DNA from: a bacterium
GTDB lineage: Bacteria; SAR324; NAC60-12
Assembly: GCA_965205865.1 (NCBI GenBank)
Contig: CBDBHR010000030.1
Location: 928,001-992,000, forward strand
Reading direction: 5' to 3'
DNA length: 64,000 nucleotides
The notes below the pieces were generated by a model, which saw only the letters and a program-made list of their open reading frames with translations, searched no databases and was not told where the DNA came from. Shown piece after piece: positions 49,956 through 60,806 of this stretch (its first letter is position 1; each line of letters opens with the position of its first letter). The position numbers and the translations under genes were made by a program.

Positions 49956-51428
49956 GGTTAATGCTTTTTCCAGCAACTCTGCCCGAACGTTTTCAATCCC
50001 TCTGCGCATAACTTGTCCGAAATGGAAACGATGCTTAAGATGAAACATCAACGACTCTGCAGCAGATCTTCCATTTCGTGATTCCAAATAGATTTCACTT
50101 TCCCATTCTTCAATCGGGGTCATCTTTTTTCCCTTTGCCCCACTAATACTAAAAACCTTAACGCCTTTGCCCATCCACTTTTCTCTGATCGCCTGATTGG
50201 CATATCCATCATCAAGGCTCACTTCAGAGGGAATGCTGATGGTGCATCGCAAATGTTCAACAAGGGCAGGGTCGAGTTGCCCTGAATCAGCAGCATTGCC
50301 CTCCGGAGTAATTAACACGGAAATAAAACCATTTCCGCTCCTTCCTAATTGAGGCTTATATCCGATAAGCGCTTCTCGATCTCCCTTTTGAATATAAGCC
50401 GAGCTCTGATCGGAAAGACTCAATACTTTCTCAGTGGAAGGAACCTTCTTTTCTTCAAAAACTCTTTGATGACAGTAGATGATTACCCGTTGCAAATTAG
50501 AAATATCTTCATTCATCATTTCAATGAGGCGAATCAAACGCGTTTTCCGAGAAGGGGGGAGAAGAGCTTTTTGGGCACGGATATCCACCTTTGCCATTTC
50601 TTTTAAAAATTTCCCATGAGCGCTTTGAGCTTTCTTCAATAGGGTTTTGTAATGTTTTTTTCGCTTCGTTTTACTGTCCTTTTTACCTGTCTCAAAAGCA
50701 ATCATCTTAGAGAGCTTATTCATCTCCTTGATGAGGAAATCAAAATTTCTTTCACTGATCTCAGCGATTCCAAATGTATCAAGGGAACGCCCTCGATGGT
50801 AGCTTCGCTCCACGAGACGAGTCAATATCGACGAATCAGTAGGCCAAGCTGTATTTCCTTTTACAGAGGTGCTATCCAGTTTTAAAATATCAAAATCGTC
50901 CAACTCTTCATCGAGAACCATTCGAATTTGAGCATCGAAAATAAACTGTCTGCTCTCGTTGCTGACAGCATTGACATTATCAAGGATTGTACTCGCTCCC
51001 GGCATTTTCAATCCACGGTTGAGCAGAAGCAGATGCAGTGTGATTGACTCTGAAAGAAATATTTGGGCCGTTTGGGATTTGATACTTCCTAAATATCCCC
51101 GAATCATCATAAAAAGGTAGACTAAAAAAGCCGACATCCGAGGACACCCTATTTCCAGCCTCAGTTCTTCCGGCTTCAATTCCTCATCTTCTACGGGAAG
51201 ATGAGGAAGCCATGGATTCCGGGCTTCCTGCCATCGTTTATCCTCTAAACGCTCTTTCTTTTTATTTCTTGCGTATTTCTCCAAATCCTGTTCAATTTTG
51301 TCCAATATCTCCGGCTCTCGCTCAGACAATTGATCAAGTTCTGATAAGAAATTTTCAAATTCTGTATCAGGAGCGCTTAAAAAAAGATGTTTTTCTGCTC
51401 GAATGAATGGTTTCATTTTGGGTGCCAT
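49938..51428 (-). pseudogene. DDE transposase, C-terminus cut by IS1380 (last codons at about 48162-48217)
   Basis: Matches 59064-60593 up to LEKALT; NFCKMIELKKRQLKQAA is found beyond the IS1380. Confidence 0.9.
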
Positions 51429-52040
51429 AATTCTTAATATTGAAGTTATTCACAGTTATTTCAATGAATTATGGCACTTTTTAACCTCAAGTTTAAAGAT
51501 ATAATTCTAAAAAATACCTTTTCGGCTAGGATCTAGTTATGAGAGTTGGGACCTCTATATCAACAGCGTATCTGTATGGCCCAACTCTTTTGTCCACGAT
51601 CATCTGGCGATAGGAGATTGGACAGCAGATCGCAACAAGTTTCCATTTAACTATACTTGGACCAACCCGGCTACCCTGCGGGGCCATGTGGCAGAGAGTT
51701 GGGAGCAGCTGGTCCGTCGTCCTGGAGCATCACCCTGCGCCAAGGGGTTCGTTGGCATAACAAGGCCCCTATGAATGGAAGAGAACTGACCGCTGAGGAC
51801 GTTGTATGGAGCTTGCACCGCTTCTGTGGATGCGGCAGTGGTTTCACTGAAGTCCCCCCTTCAGCCATCAGCTTTCAACTTTTTAAATGGAAGTCTATCA
51901 CGGCCACCGATAGATATACTCTGAAGGTGGAACTAGAAGAACCTCACCTGGATGCTTTCGATTCATTTATGCTAGGAAGCTGGGAAGCTGGTTGGGTCAT
52001 TCCTCCCGAGGTCATCAAAGCGAGGGGTGACTATAATGAT

Positions 52041-53094
52041 GGCTCTGTTTGCGTTTAGCATTGGTCACCCCAAAGCACAGTTGAGATAGGTCACCGGTGC
52101 GATTGAATTTCCCTGTTTTTCAAGGCATCGCCTCCATCCCAAGTAATTCGGGAGGTATTTTGTTGCAACCCCATTGAATCGACGCATCCAGCCTTTTAAA
52201 CGGCTGTCATATGCGTTGACATTTTGAATGTGATAGACCTTGTTAATGACCCTGCTCTCATTGGAGGCGATCAGCCGGACATGCGCGATGTTCTCAGTGT
52301 CCGCGAATGCCCAATAAGATTTGTTCCCGTCCGTGCAAAGGACCGCATCCTGTGCCAAGACAGGCTTGAGCACTTTGGTGATCGAGACTTCGCTGAGGTC
52401 TTTCAGCACTTCGTCTGTCATCTCTCTGTGGCGGTCCCTTACGATCAGAACCGGGATTTGCTCCGCAGACAACCCCCGCTTCGTGGCTTTGCTGCCTCTT
52501 TTGCGAGCTGTGCGCCCCAGGTTCCGCGAACCTTTGAACGACTCCAGGAAGAAGGTCTCGTCGGCCTCGACTATCCCCTTGAGGCTGCTGTCCTTCTTGT
52601 CCCTCAACCCATGCAGGAAACGGTGACGCCACCGGAAACTGGTGGTGTTGTCGATCCCGCATTTTCTGGCCGCCTTGCGGACACTCAGGCCGTCAATCAT
52701 CGCCTTGGAATACTCCAGCCACTTCTCCTTTTTCCGCAGGCGCGCCAAGGGAGTCCCAGTGGCTGCGTTGAAGGTCTTCAGGCAGCTTTTACAACGGTAG
52801 CGTTGCATCCCATTTGATATTCCCCACCTTTGAAATTGAACATGCTTGCAATGAGGACAGTGCCCGCCACCGCTGATGCGCTTCTCAAGTGTCTCTGCGA
52901 CTGCCTCGCCTTCATCCTTGACTCGCAAAACATCGGACAGCTTCCTTTTTTGTGCCGGACTCAACCCCTCAAGACGTGAAAGATATTGTTTGAATTCTGT
53001 ATGATCCATCTCCTTCTCCTATAAAAAATTTAGCGGTTCAGGAGACAGTATGACAGATGCAAAAAATTTATCAATATTTATCACAAACAGAGCC
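52041..53094 (-). mobile_element. IS1595 family element
   Basis: TIRs GGCTCTGTTTG / CAAACAGAGCC; 8-bp TSD ATAATGAT at 52033-52040 and 53095-53102. Confidence 0.93.
52065..53009 (-). CDS. IS1595 family transposase
   Basis: CPHC/CKSC zinc ribbon, HTH, VEADETF, CTDG, HIQNVN and GVATKYL motifs. Confidence 0.93.
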   Translation of the reverse strand: MDHTEFKQYLSRLEGLSPAQKRKLSDVLRVKDEGEAVAETLEKRISGGGHCPHCKHVQFQRWGISNGMQRYRCKSCLKTFNAATGTPLARLRKKEKWLEYSKAMIDGLSVRKAARKCGIDNTTSFRWRHRFLHGLRDKKDSSLKGIVEADETFFLESFKGSRNLGRTARKRGSKATKRGLSAEQIPVLIVRDRHREMTDEVLKDLSEVSITKVLKPVLAQDAVLCTDGNKSYWAFADTENIAHVRLIASNESRVINKVYHIQNVNAYDSRLKGWMRRFNGVATKYLPNYLGWRRCLEKQGNSIAPVTYLNCALG

Positions 53095-54327
53095 ATAATG
53101 ATTGGAAAGCCTGGGTAGGGACCGGACCCTTCATGATGGTCGAGCATGTCCCGGACAGCCGCTTGGTCTACCAAAAGAATCCGGACTATTTCGCCTTTGA
53201 TGAAAAGTATCCGGAGAACAAACTTCCCTATGTGGATGAAGTCGTTCAGGTAATCATACCGGACTCTGCCACCCAAAAAGCAGCGCTCCGCTCTGGGCAG
53301 TTGGACGTGCAAGCTGACGGTGTCTCCGGTACCGACCAGTAAAGTCTGCGTCAATCGAATCCTGAACTAAGTATCTATTCAGGCACCAATTTATGCGAGT
53401 GTTTCGGTCTGCGATTGGATTTCGAGTGGCAAGGACGCTTCCCCTTCCAAGACAAACGGGTGCGCCATGCCATGCAAGCAGCCGTTGACCCAGAGGCGAT
53501 CAATGACGCCGTTTACGGTGGCCTTGGAGACACGACACCCCACGGCCAACTCAACCGCAACATGACCGGGTACAATTACCCCTACGATGAGTGGCCCCAA
53601 GAGCTGAAGGACCAGTATGCCTATAACCCGGAGCGGGCCAAGCGCCTGCTGCAGGAAGCCGGCTACCCCGATGGTTTTGAGGTGACGCTGGATATGACGT
53701 CTTCGGACGTCAGCACAATCGGCAATGCGGAGCTGGCTCAGGTCGTCAAAGCCTACTTGAGTGAGATTGGGATTGACATGAAGCTCAATCCGCTGGATAT
53801 AGCTGCTTTTGTTGCTCGCAGGACCAGTCAGACGATGAGCCCGATGACCTTTCAAGGGTATAGCTACACCTGGGCACCTTTATCGCTCATCGGTAATCAG
53901 CACTATGAAGGCATTAGTGATTGGCGAGTTACTTTTGCGGGTGCGCCTCAAAATTGGAGCGGAAGGGACCTGTACCCGGATTATCATGACCTTGTTGATA
54001 AAGTCGCAGCGTCCACGACATTAGAAGAGGCAAAAACAGGGAGCAGGATGGCAGATGAGTATGGCATTAGAGAGAACTGGTATCTCTGGCTTCCCCTGGC
54101 TCCGGAATTTGTCATTGCTCAGCCCTGGGTCAAAGGCTATAACGGAGAGACCAACCTCGGTGGGGGAACCTTCGGTCACGTTTTCACTCGACTTTGGATC
54201 GACAAGAACTGACTCAATGATGTTTTAGGCTGCAGGCGGCTCTTCTGGGTGATCATCCGGAAGCGCCGCTTCCTGACCCGCCTGCTCTCCCTCCGGAGGG
54301 GACGGCATTGCACCCCTTGGAAATATA

Positions 54328-55308
54328 ATGCGTACCTATATCATCCGACGAATATTGCTCACGATCCCCACCTTGTTGATGGTGACAATGCTCGTCTTTT
54401 CCAGCATCCATTTCATTCCCGGCGATATCCTCGAGCTGTTGATGAGTTCGTCAGTTTCACAGGCCAGCGGCGCTGAAAGTTCTACGGGCGGAGTGACACG
54501 GGAGTGGCTGAAAAAGAAGATCGGGTTGGATGTCCCCATCCATATTCAGTATGGCCGATGGTTGGGGAACATTCTGCTGCATGGCGACATGGGCACCACC
54601 CTGACAACGGATGAGCCGGTGTGGGAAACCTTCGTCCGTCCGAGAATTCCGGTATCCCTGGAACTGGGCCTCATGGCCCTGTTGATCCTCTTGCTCCTGG
54701 CGATCCCTATCGGCACCTATTCCGCGATACGGCAGAACACGCTGGGGGACTATGTGGGGCGCGGTCTGTCCATTCTCATGCTCTCCATCCCTGAATTCTG
54801 GATAGCGACTATCGTCCTGGTCTTTCCATCCATCTATTTTGGCTGGTCGCCCCCCATCAAATATGTTTCCTTGATGGAAAACCCACGGGAAAACCTGATC
54901 ATGGTCCTCATCCCTGCTGCCATTCTCGGGACAGTGCATTCCGGTCCCCTGATGCGCCTGGTACGTACTCAAATGCTGGAGGTGCTCCGGCAGGACTATG
55001 TGCGGACAGCCTGGTCGAAGGGCTTGAAAGAGCGGGTCGTGATTCTGAGGCATGTCTTGAAGAATGCGATGATTCCGATCATCACTCTCATCGGGCTGCA
55101 AATTCCTTTGTTAATCGGGGGGGCTGTCATTTTGGAACAGATGTTCTTGCTCCCGGGACTGGGCCGTCTCATCGTACAATCGCTCCTGGGACGAGATTAT
55201 GCCATTGTCGCCGGCGCCGGCCTGGTGGTGGCGACGCTGGTCGTGTTTATCAACCTGGCGGTCGATCTGGCCTATGGCTTTCTCGATCCTAGAATCCGGT
55301 ATGGGTGA
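54328..55308 (+). CDS. dppB: Peptide/nickel ABC transporter permease (DppB-like)
   Basis: YIIRR, QDYVRTAWSKGL and DLAYGFLDPRIRY motifs. Confidence 0.9.
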   Translation: MRTYIIRRILLTIPTLLMVTMLVFSSIHFIPGDILELLMSSSVSQASGAESSTGGVTREWLKKKIGLDVPIHIQYGRWLGNILLHGDMGTTLTTDEPVWETFVRPRIPVSLELGLMALLILLLLAIPIGTYSAIRQNTLGDYVGRGLSILMLSIPEFWIATIVLVFPSIYFGWSPPIKYVSLMENPRENLIMVLIPAAILGTVHSGPLMRLVRTQMLEVLRQDYVRTAWSKGLKERVVILRHVLKNAMIPIITLIGLQIPLLIGGAVILEQMFLLPGLGRLIVQSLLGRDYAIVAGAGLVVATLVVFINLAVDLAYGFLDPRIRYG

Positions 55309-55311
55309 CAA

Positions 55312-56286
55312 ATGACAGAACCAAAAACAGGGATGCCGCGTCGGCGGACCGCTGCCAGACGATCTCCCCTGGCAAATTTCTTTTATCGGCTGGTCAAGGA
55401 GCAGCCCCTGGGATTGATCGGGGGATTGATTGTGCTGGTCCTGCTCTTGGTGGGGATCTTTGCCGATCAATTGGCGCAGTATGGAGAAAATGAAATCAAT
55501 CTGCGTGCCCGTTTGCAGCTGCCCCATGCCGAGCATTGGCTGGGGACCGATAATTTAGGACGAGACCTCTACACTCGCATTGTCTATGGGGCGCGCGTCT
55601 CGCTGGTAATCGGGTTATCGGCCACGGCAGTTTCCCTGTTGGTCACCTTAGTGATCGGCGGACTGAGCGGCTATATCGGAGGGAAAACGGACTTGATCGT
55701 GCAGCGCTTTGTGGACGCCTGGGTGGCTTTCCCGGGGTTGCTCATTCTGTTGACGGCGATGTCCATGCTCGGCAACGGGCAGTTGCAGATCATTATTGTC
55801 GTGGGGATCACTTTTGGCATCGGGGGCTCCCGCATTGTGCGCAGTACGGTGATTGGTTTGAAGGAGAACACCTACCTCGAGGCCGCCCGGGCCATCGGCA
55901 CGCCGCTCCCCCGCATCTTACTCCGGCACATCTTGCCCAATATTCTGCCCCCCTTGATTGTCATATACACCTTGACGCTCGGCGGGGTGATCCTGACCGA
56001 AGCGGCGCTCAGTTTTCTCGGATTCGGACTGCCTCCCGATCAAGCCAGCTGGGGCGGGATGCTCAGCAACGAAGGGCGGCAGTATATGGAATTGGCCCCG
56101 CACTTGGCCCTCTGGCCCGGCCTCAGCCTGGTCATTGTCGTTTTCGGAGTCAACCTGTTCGGCGATGCCTTGCGCGACCTGCTCGACCCCCGCCTGCGAG
56201 GCGGCGCGGGTCGTTACGGAGGCGGGTCGAAAGTCATCCGGAAACGCAGTCTCTTGACTCGCCTCATTTTTCCGTATAAGAAATAA
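55312..56286 (+). CDS. dppC: Peptide/nickel ABC transporter permease (DppC-like)
   Basis: HWLGTDNLGRD, HILPN and NLFGDALRDLLDPR motifs. Confidence 0.9.
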   Translation: MTEPKTGMPRRRTAARRSPLANFFYRLVKEQPLGLIGGLIVLVLLLVGIFADQLAQYGENEINLRARLQLPHAEHWLGTDNLGRDLYTRIVYGARVSLVIGLSATAVSLLVTLVIGGLSGYIGGKTDLIVQRFVDAWVAFPGLLILLTAMSMLGNGQLQIIIVVGITFGIGGSRIVRSTVIGLKENTYLEAARAIGTPLPRILLRHILPNILPPLIVIYTLTLGGVILTEAALSFLGFGLPPDQASWGGMLSNEGRQYMELAPHLALWPGLSLVIVVFGVNLFGDALRDLLDPRLRGGAGRYGGGSKVIRKRSLLTRLIFPYKK

Positions 56287-56429
56287 GGGTCCGCTGTTAA
56301 GGTGTATACGACCTGAAGCACTTAATAGGGGCAGGTCAGTACCACTGGCTATCAGTCCAAATAAAAGGTGTACAATTCTCTGATGGAATCGAGGTGATTC
56401 CTGAAATCCGGATTGCCGCTTGATTTTTA

Positions 56430-56528
56430 ACTCAAACACCACTTTTGACAATAACTCCCGGTTTTTGCTCTTTCCAAATTGCTTTTAGCCCGTTTTAACC
56501 ATTGCTTAACGACTGTGGCTTCTGTCAT
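56430..56528 (-). pseudogene. HEPN domain protein N-terminal fragment
   Basis: MTEATVVKQWLKRAKSNLERAK overlapping the end of the nucleotidyltransferase, then frameshift and truncation. Confidence 0.6.
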
Positions 56529-57049
56529 AGATTGCTAATCCGTGTTGGGCGATTTGTGAATAAATTAGTGCTTGGCAGAAAAATACTCAAATTGCTGATA
56601 TTAAATGACATTTCTTCAATTTCATAGGATGAAGATTTGTTTGATACAGTGTTCAGATGGCCAAAATCAGCAAAAAATGAGATATTTGATGAGTTTCCCA
56701 AAATCTTCGTTTCTTGAAAATAGGTGAATACCATTAAATATCATGTAGTTATCTAGTTTTCGGCCAAGCACTAAATTAGATGAGGATTTTCCTTCAAATC
56801 ATCAAAATTGGATGAAGTTTCTACAATTACATCAACAGAAACCCCACAGCCATATAATGCTTTATAAATGGTTTGGCTCAACCTACGCCTATTCTCAACA
56901 TTCTGTTTGAGTACGCATAAGTCATAATCACTATCAGGCGAGGTCTTTCCATTCACCTGCGAACCAAATAGAATAATTTGTTCTGGCTCTGTAATTGTTC
57001 GGATTCTTTCAACCAGGTCGGATAATATTTTTTCCTTTGTAGTTTTCAT
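56506..57049 (-). pseudogene. Minimal nucleotidyltransferase (MNT antitoxin) interrupted by a MITE
   Basis: IILFGS...SDYDL; ENPHLI continues as YSQIAQHGLAIYDR once 56568-56771 and one TSD copy are removed. Confidence 0.8.
56568..56771. mobile_element. 204-bp MITE
   Basis: TIR GTGCTTGGC / GCCAAGCAC flanked by duplicated TAAATTA. Confidence 0.8.
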
Positions 57050-57267
57050 AGTAGACACCGCTTTAATGAGAATCAAATCTTATGTTTCCTCTATTATTGC
57101 ACATAGTTCGGACTATCTGAAACTATAAATTTCGTAAGCGTTCAGGGGGGAGAATGAACTTTAGTGAACTGATATTTAAGACTATTTCAACATAACGTTT
57201 TATTATATGAACAATCACCGTAGAGCGTTGAATAATCGTACGATTCAATAACTCTGAGACAAACCGA

Positions 57268-57867
57268 CTATAGGCAGGCAGAGACTGGAGCAAATCTGAA
57301 TAATACCTTACAATTGTAATCATTCAGCGTATCCACAATGTCAGGATCATCAAAATCTCTAGAATTTTTGTTGAGAAAGCAGGATATTTCTTTTGATTTT
57401 GAAACAGTCAGATGCTGAAAAACAGAAGCATAAATGATGGAATCTTGTGGAGCAAGCTTGAGGGTTTCCCGGAATTTGGCTGAGAATGTGAGTATCTCTG
57501 CTTCTAAAGGAATAATTTCAGCTACTTTTAGAATTCTGTTAAGAGTCTGTTGTAATTTCTGTTCTTCTTCCTCACCACTTCGAACCAAAAGCCCCGTGAC
57601 ATTTTGCAAAGCATTAATTTCCTCACTATCCTTATACGGCGTTGAGCGTGATAGTTGCTTAAGTTCATCTGCTACATCTTTAGCTAATTTCGACCTATGT
57701 TTTGCTCGCCTCACTAATGTCTCATAAGGCTCTGCGACACAAAAAGCAGGTAATACCAAATTGATTGTACCCGTTTCACAGAGTGAGAGGATTTTTTCAC
57801 AACTCTCATGCTGCTCTTGCATAAGAGCTAATTCCAATACAAAATTGGATTCAATATACACTTTCAT
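57268..57867 (-). CDS. PIN-domain-like protein
   Basis: VYIESNFVLE, EP, APQDSIIYAS and NSRDF acidic PIN-type motifs. Confidence 0.7.
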   Translation of the reverse strand: MKVYIESNFVLELALMQEQHESCEKILSLCETGTINLVLPAFCVAEPYETLVRRAKHRSKLAKDVADELKQLSRSTPYKDSEEINALQNVTGLLVRSGEEEEQKLQQTLNRILKVAEIIPLEAEILTFSAKFRETLKLAPQDSIIYASVFQHLTVSKSKEISCFLNKNSRDFDDPDIVDTLNDYNCKVLFRFAPVSACL

Positions 57868-58322
57868 GCTGGAATCCCAAGATCTATATATCCTCTCTGA
57901 ATCACATCAAATAATCCTGATTCAAACAACCATTTTTGATTTGCTTGTAAGGGTTTTGCCTGCTCATGGGTTCCTAAAATCTCACTCAGCCAGGACGTAA
58001 TAATTAGCTCAAGACTTTTTTCACTTACAGTCTCTGGCGATAGACCCGATTTCTCATAGTACGGCTGCAAGAATGATCTTGGATCAATATCATAGCTTGG
58101 CTCTATAACTTCTGGCTTGATTCCGGCTTCATTCCACAGGTAAAAATGATCAGGGAGAGCTAACAGAAAGAAGGGAGCACTCGAAAGTAGTCCATGCGCA
58201 AGAATATTTCGGCGCATTCTTCCTGCCCATTGAGGAGAAGTACCTAATTTCCTCTTAAGCTCTACGACAAGTGCTACCTGTCCATTTGCGTCGTGAACTA
58301 CAATATCCGATATATTATTCAT
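57864..58322 (-). CDS. Hypothetical protein, possible PD-(D/E)XK-like fold
   Basis: SDIVV...VVELK; ATGA-coupled to the PIN gene. Confidence 0.6.
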   Translation of the reverse strand: MNNISDIVVHDANGQVALVVELKRKLGTSPQWAGRMRRNILAHGLLSSAPFFLLALPDHFYLWNEAGIKPEVIEPSYDIDPRSFLQPYYEKSGLSPETVSEKSLELIITSWLSEILGTHEQAKPLQANQKWLFESGLFDVIQRGYIDLGIPA

Positions 58323-58959
58323 AATTATTATAAATTATTAGAAGTTTCGAACAGGTTTATTTAGTGACTCCTCAACTCAAAAAGTCCTTTATTATAGTTT
58401 CAAATCATAGCGTTTAATTGGGAGAATAACCAGATGTTTTCTCTTGCTATCTTAGTGAAATGCCGACGCGGTAGGAATGTCAGTTACCCGGCACCCCCCG
58501 CACAGATCCCCGCATGAAGTTTTCCCTCACGGGGCTCCTCGGTTGTACTCGCTTCCGCTCAGCGTCTTTCTAAAACAACAGTATGCGGATGTTTCTTTTC
58601 CGTGATCCTCGGCATTACCATGTTCATATAACGGATGCTCTTTTGTTGACTTCGGCATTCGTTAACACCCTCGCCGGCCACGACTACTTGTTTCAAGGCT
58701 GTATCAACTTTCAGGAGGCGACTCTCCCTACGGCCTGCAAGATTCTCTGTGTACGCTTCGTGTATCTTGTTCGGATATCCGGTGCCTCTTATGGTGGATT
58801 GTCGATTGAGCCGACTCCCAATGTCCTTTGAGTATCCGGGTGATACCCACAAGATTTCCCGGTAGAGCCTCCACCATACACGCAACAATCGATATGGGTG
58901 ACTGGCTAGGTCTTACCCGATGGGGACTTGCACCCCGCAAGATGCGCCAAGCTTAGCTG

Positions 58960-60793
58960 GATCCTAGCCGAAAAGGTATTTTTTAGAATTATATCTTTAA
59001 CTTGAGGTTAAAAAGTGCCATAATTCATTGAAATAACTGTGAATAACTTCAATATTAAGAATTATGGCACCCAAAATGAAACCATTCATTCGAGCAGAAA
59101 AACATCTTTTTTTAAGCGCTCCTGATACAGAATTTGAAAATTTCTTATCAGAACTTGATCAATTGTCTGAGCGAGAGCCGGAGATATTGGACAAAATTGA
59201 ACAGGATTTGGAGAAATACGCAAGAAATAAAAAGAAAGAGCGTTTAGAGGATAAACGATGGCAGGAAGCCCGGAATCCATGGCTTCCTCATCTTCCCGTA
59301 GAAGATGAGGAATTGAAGCCGGAAGAACTGAGGCTGGAAATAGGGTGTCCTCGGATGTCGGCTTTTTTAGTCTACCTTTTTATGATGATTCGGGGATACT
59401 TAGGAAGTATCAAATCCCAAACGGCCCAAATATTTCTTTCAGAGTCAATCACACTGCATCTGCTTCTGCTCAACCGTGGATTGAAAATGCCGGGAGCGAG
59501 TACAATCCTTGATAATGTCAATGCTGTCAGCAACGAGACCAGACAGTTTATTTTCGATGCTCAAATTCGAATGGTTCTCAATGAAGAGTTGGACGATTTT
59601 GATATTTTAAAACTGGATAGCACCTCTGTAAAAGGAAATACAGCTTGGCCTACTGATTCGTCGATATTGACTCGTCTCGTGGAGCGAAGCTACCATCGAG
59701 GGCGTTCCCTTGATACATTTGGAATCGCTAAGATCAGTGAAAGAAATTTTGATTTCCTCATCAAGGAGATGAATAAGCTCTCTAAGATGATTGCTTTTGA
59801 GACAGGTAAAAAGGACAGTAAAACGAAGCGAAAAAAACATTACAAAACCCTATTGAAGAAAGCTCAAAGCGCTCATGGGAAATTTTTAAAAGAAATGGCA
59901 AAGGTGGATATCCGTGCCCAAAAAGCTCTTCTCCCCCCTTCTCGGAAAACGCGTTTGATTCGCCTCATTGAAATGATGAATGAAGATATTTCTAATTTGC
60001 AACGGGTAATCATCTACTGTCATCAAAGAGTTTTTGAAGAAAAGAAGGTTCCTTCTACTGAGAAAGTATTGAGTCTTTCCGATCAGAGTTCGGCTTATAT
60101 TCAAAAGGGAGATCGAGAAGCGCTTATCGGATATAAGCCTCAATTAGGAAGGAGCGGAAATGGTTTTATTTCCGTGTTAATTACTCCGGAGGGCAATGCT
60201 GCTGATTCAGGGCAACTCGACCCTGCCCTTGTTGAACATTTGAGATGCACCATCACCATTCCCTCTGAAGTGAGCCTTGATGATGGATATGCCAATCAGG
60301 CGATCAGAGAAAAGTGGATGGGCAAAGGCGTTAAGGTTTTTAGTATTAGTGGGGCAAAGGGAAAAAAGATGACCCCGATTGAAGAATGGGAAAGTGAAAT
60401 CTATTTGGAATCACGAAATGGAAGATCTGCTGCAGAGTCGTTGATGTTTCATCTTAAGCATCGTTTCCATTTCGGACAAGTTATGCGCAGAGGGATTGAA
60501 AACGTTCGGGCAGAGTTGCTGGAAAAAGCATTAACCTATAATTTTTGCAAAATGATTGAGTTGAAAAAAAGACAACTCAAACAAGCGGCCTGAATATTCA
60601 ATGGGGGAGTGTGAAATATGAGCAGGGGCGAGGAAAGTATGTCCAAAAAAGATTTTTTCCCTATAAAAACTGTGCTGTGGGCGAATAAAAAACAAAAATA
60701 AATCGTTTTCTCGTCATATTGAATCAAATAGAGAATCAAATAGAATCCAATCGGTTATATTTACTATTTTCGAAACCCTTTTCGGCTAGGGTC
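58960..60793 (+). mobile_element. IS5/ISNCY-like element copy 2 (intact)
   Basis: TIRs GATCCTAGCCGAAAAGG / CCTTTTCGGCTAGGGTC; TAGCT repeated on both flanks. Confidence 0.9.
59064..60593 (+). CDS. DDE transposase (IS5/ISNCY-like)
   Basis: LDST..NTAWPTD, GNAADS, LDDGY and R..AES...LK motifs. Confidence 0.88.
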   Translation: MAPKMKPFIRAEKHLFLSAPDTEFENFLSELDQLSEREPEILDKIEQDLEKYARNKKKERLEDKRWQEARNPWLPHLPVEDEELKPEELRLEIGCPRMSAFLVYLFMMIRGYLGSIKSQTAQIFLSESITLHLLLLNRGLKMPGASTILDNVNAVSNETRQFIFDAQIRMVLNEELDDFDILKLDSTSVKGNTAWPTDSSILTRLVERSYHRGRSLDTFGIAKISERNFDFLIKEMNKLSKMIAFETGKKDSKTKRKKHYKTLLKKAQSAHGKFLKEMAKVDIRAQKALLPPSRKTRLIRLIEMMNEDISNLQRVIIYCHQRVFEEKKVPSTEKVLSLSDQSSAYIQKGDREALIGYKPQLGRSGNGFISVLITPEGNAADSGQLDPALVEHLRCTITIPSEVSLDDGYANQAIREKWMGKGVKVFSISGAKGKKMTPIEEWESEIYLESRNGRSAAESLMFHLKHRFHFGQVMRRGIENVRAELLEKALTYNFCKMIELKKRQLKQAA

Positions 60794-60806
60794 TAGCTTG
60801 GCGAGC

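Larger units (their letters stand above)
47963..51533 (-). mobile_element. IS5/ISNCY-like element copy 1, interrupted by IS1380
   Basis: TIRs GACCCTAGCCGAAAAGG / CCTTTTCGGCTAGGATC; near-identical to 58960-60793. Confidence 0.9.
51534..54212 (+). pseudogene. ABC family-5 substrate-binding protein, inactivated
   Basis: 5' end lost at the IS junction; frameshift near 51708 (AESWEQ); IS1595 insertion; stop at 53340-53342; homologous to 4601-6703. Confidence 0.88.
58465..60806 (-). ncRNA. ORF-less group II intron (about 500 nt), interrupted near its 5' end by an IS
   Basis: 5' GCTCGCCAAGCT..AGCTTGGCGCATCTTGCGGGGTGCAAGTCCCC; D5 GAGCCCCGTGAGGGAAAACTTCATGCGGGGATC; D6 ...CCTACCGCGTC. Confidence 0.85.

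Noticed and set aside
57187..57267. Possible attC right half on the minus strand (…GTTCATATAATAAAAC-GTTATGT) between the PIN and MNT genes
   Set aside because: No matching left arm was found, so the evidence is too weak to call.
58559..58940. Short ORFs within the group II intron
   Set aside because: No RT motifs; they are incidental frames over structured RNA.
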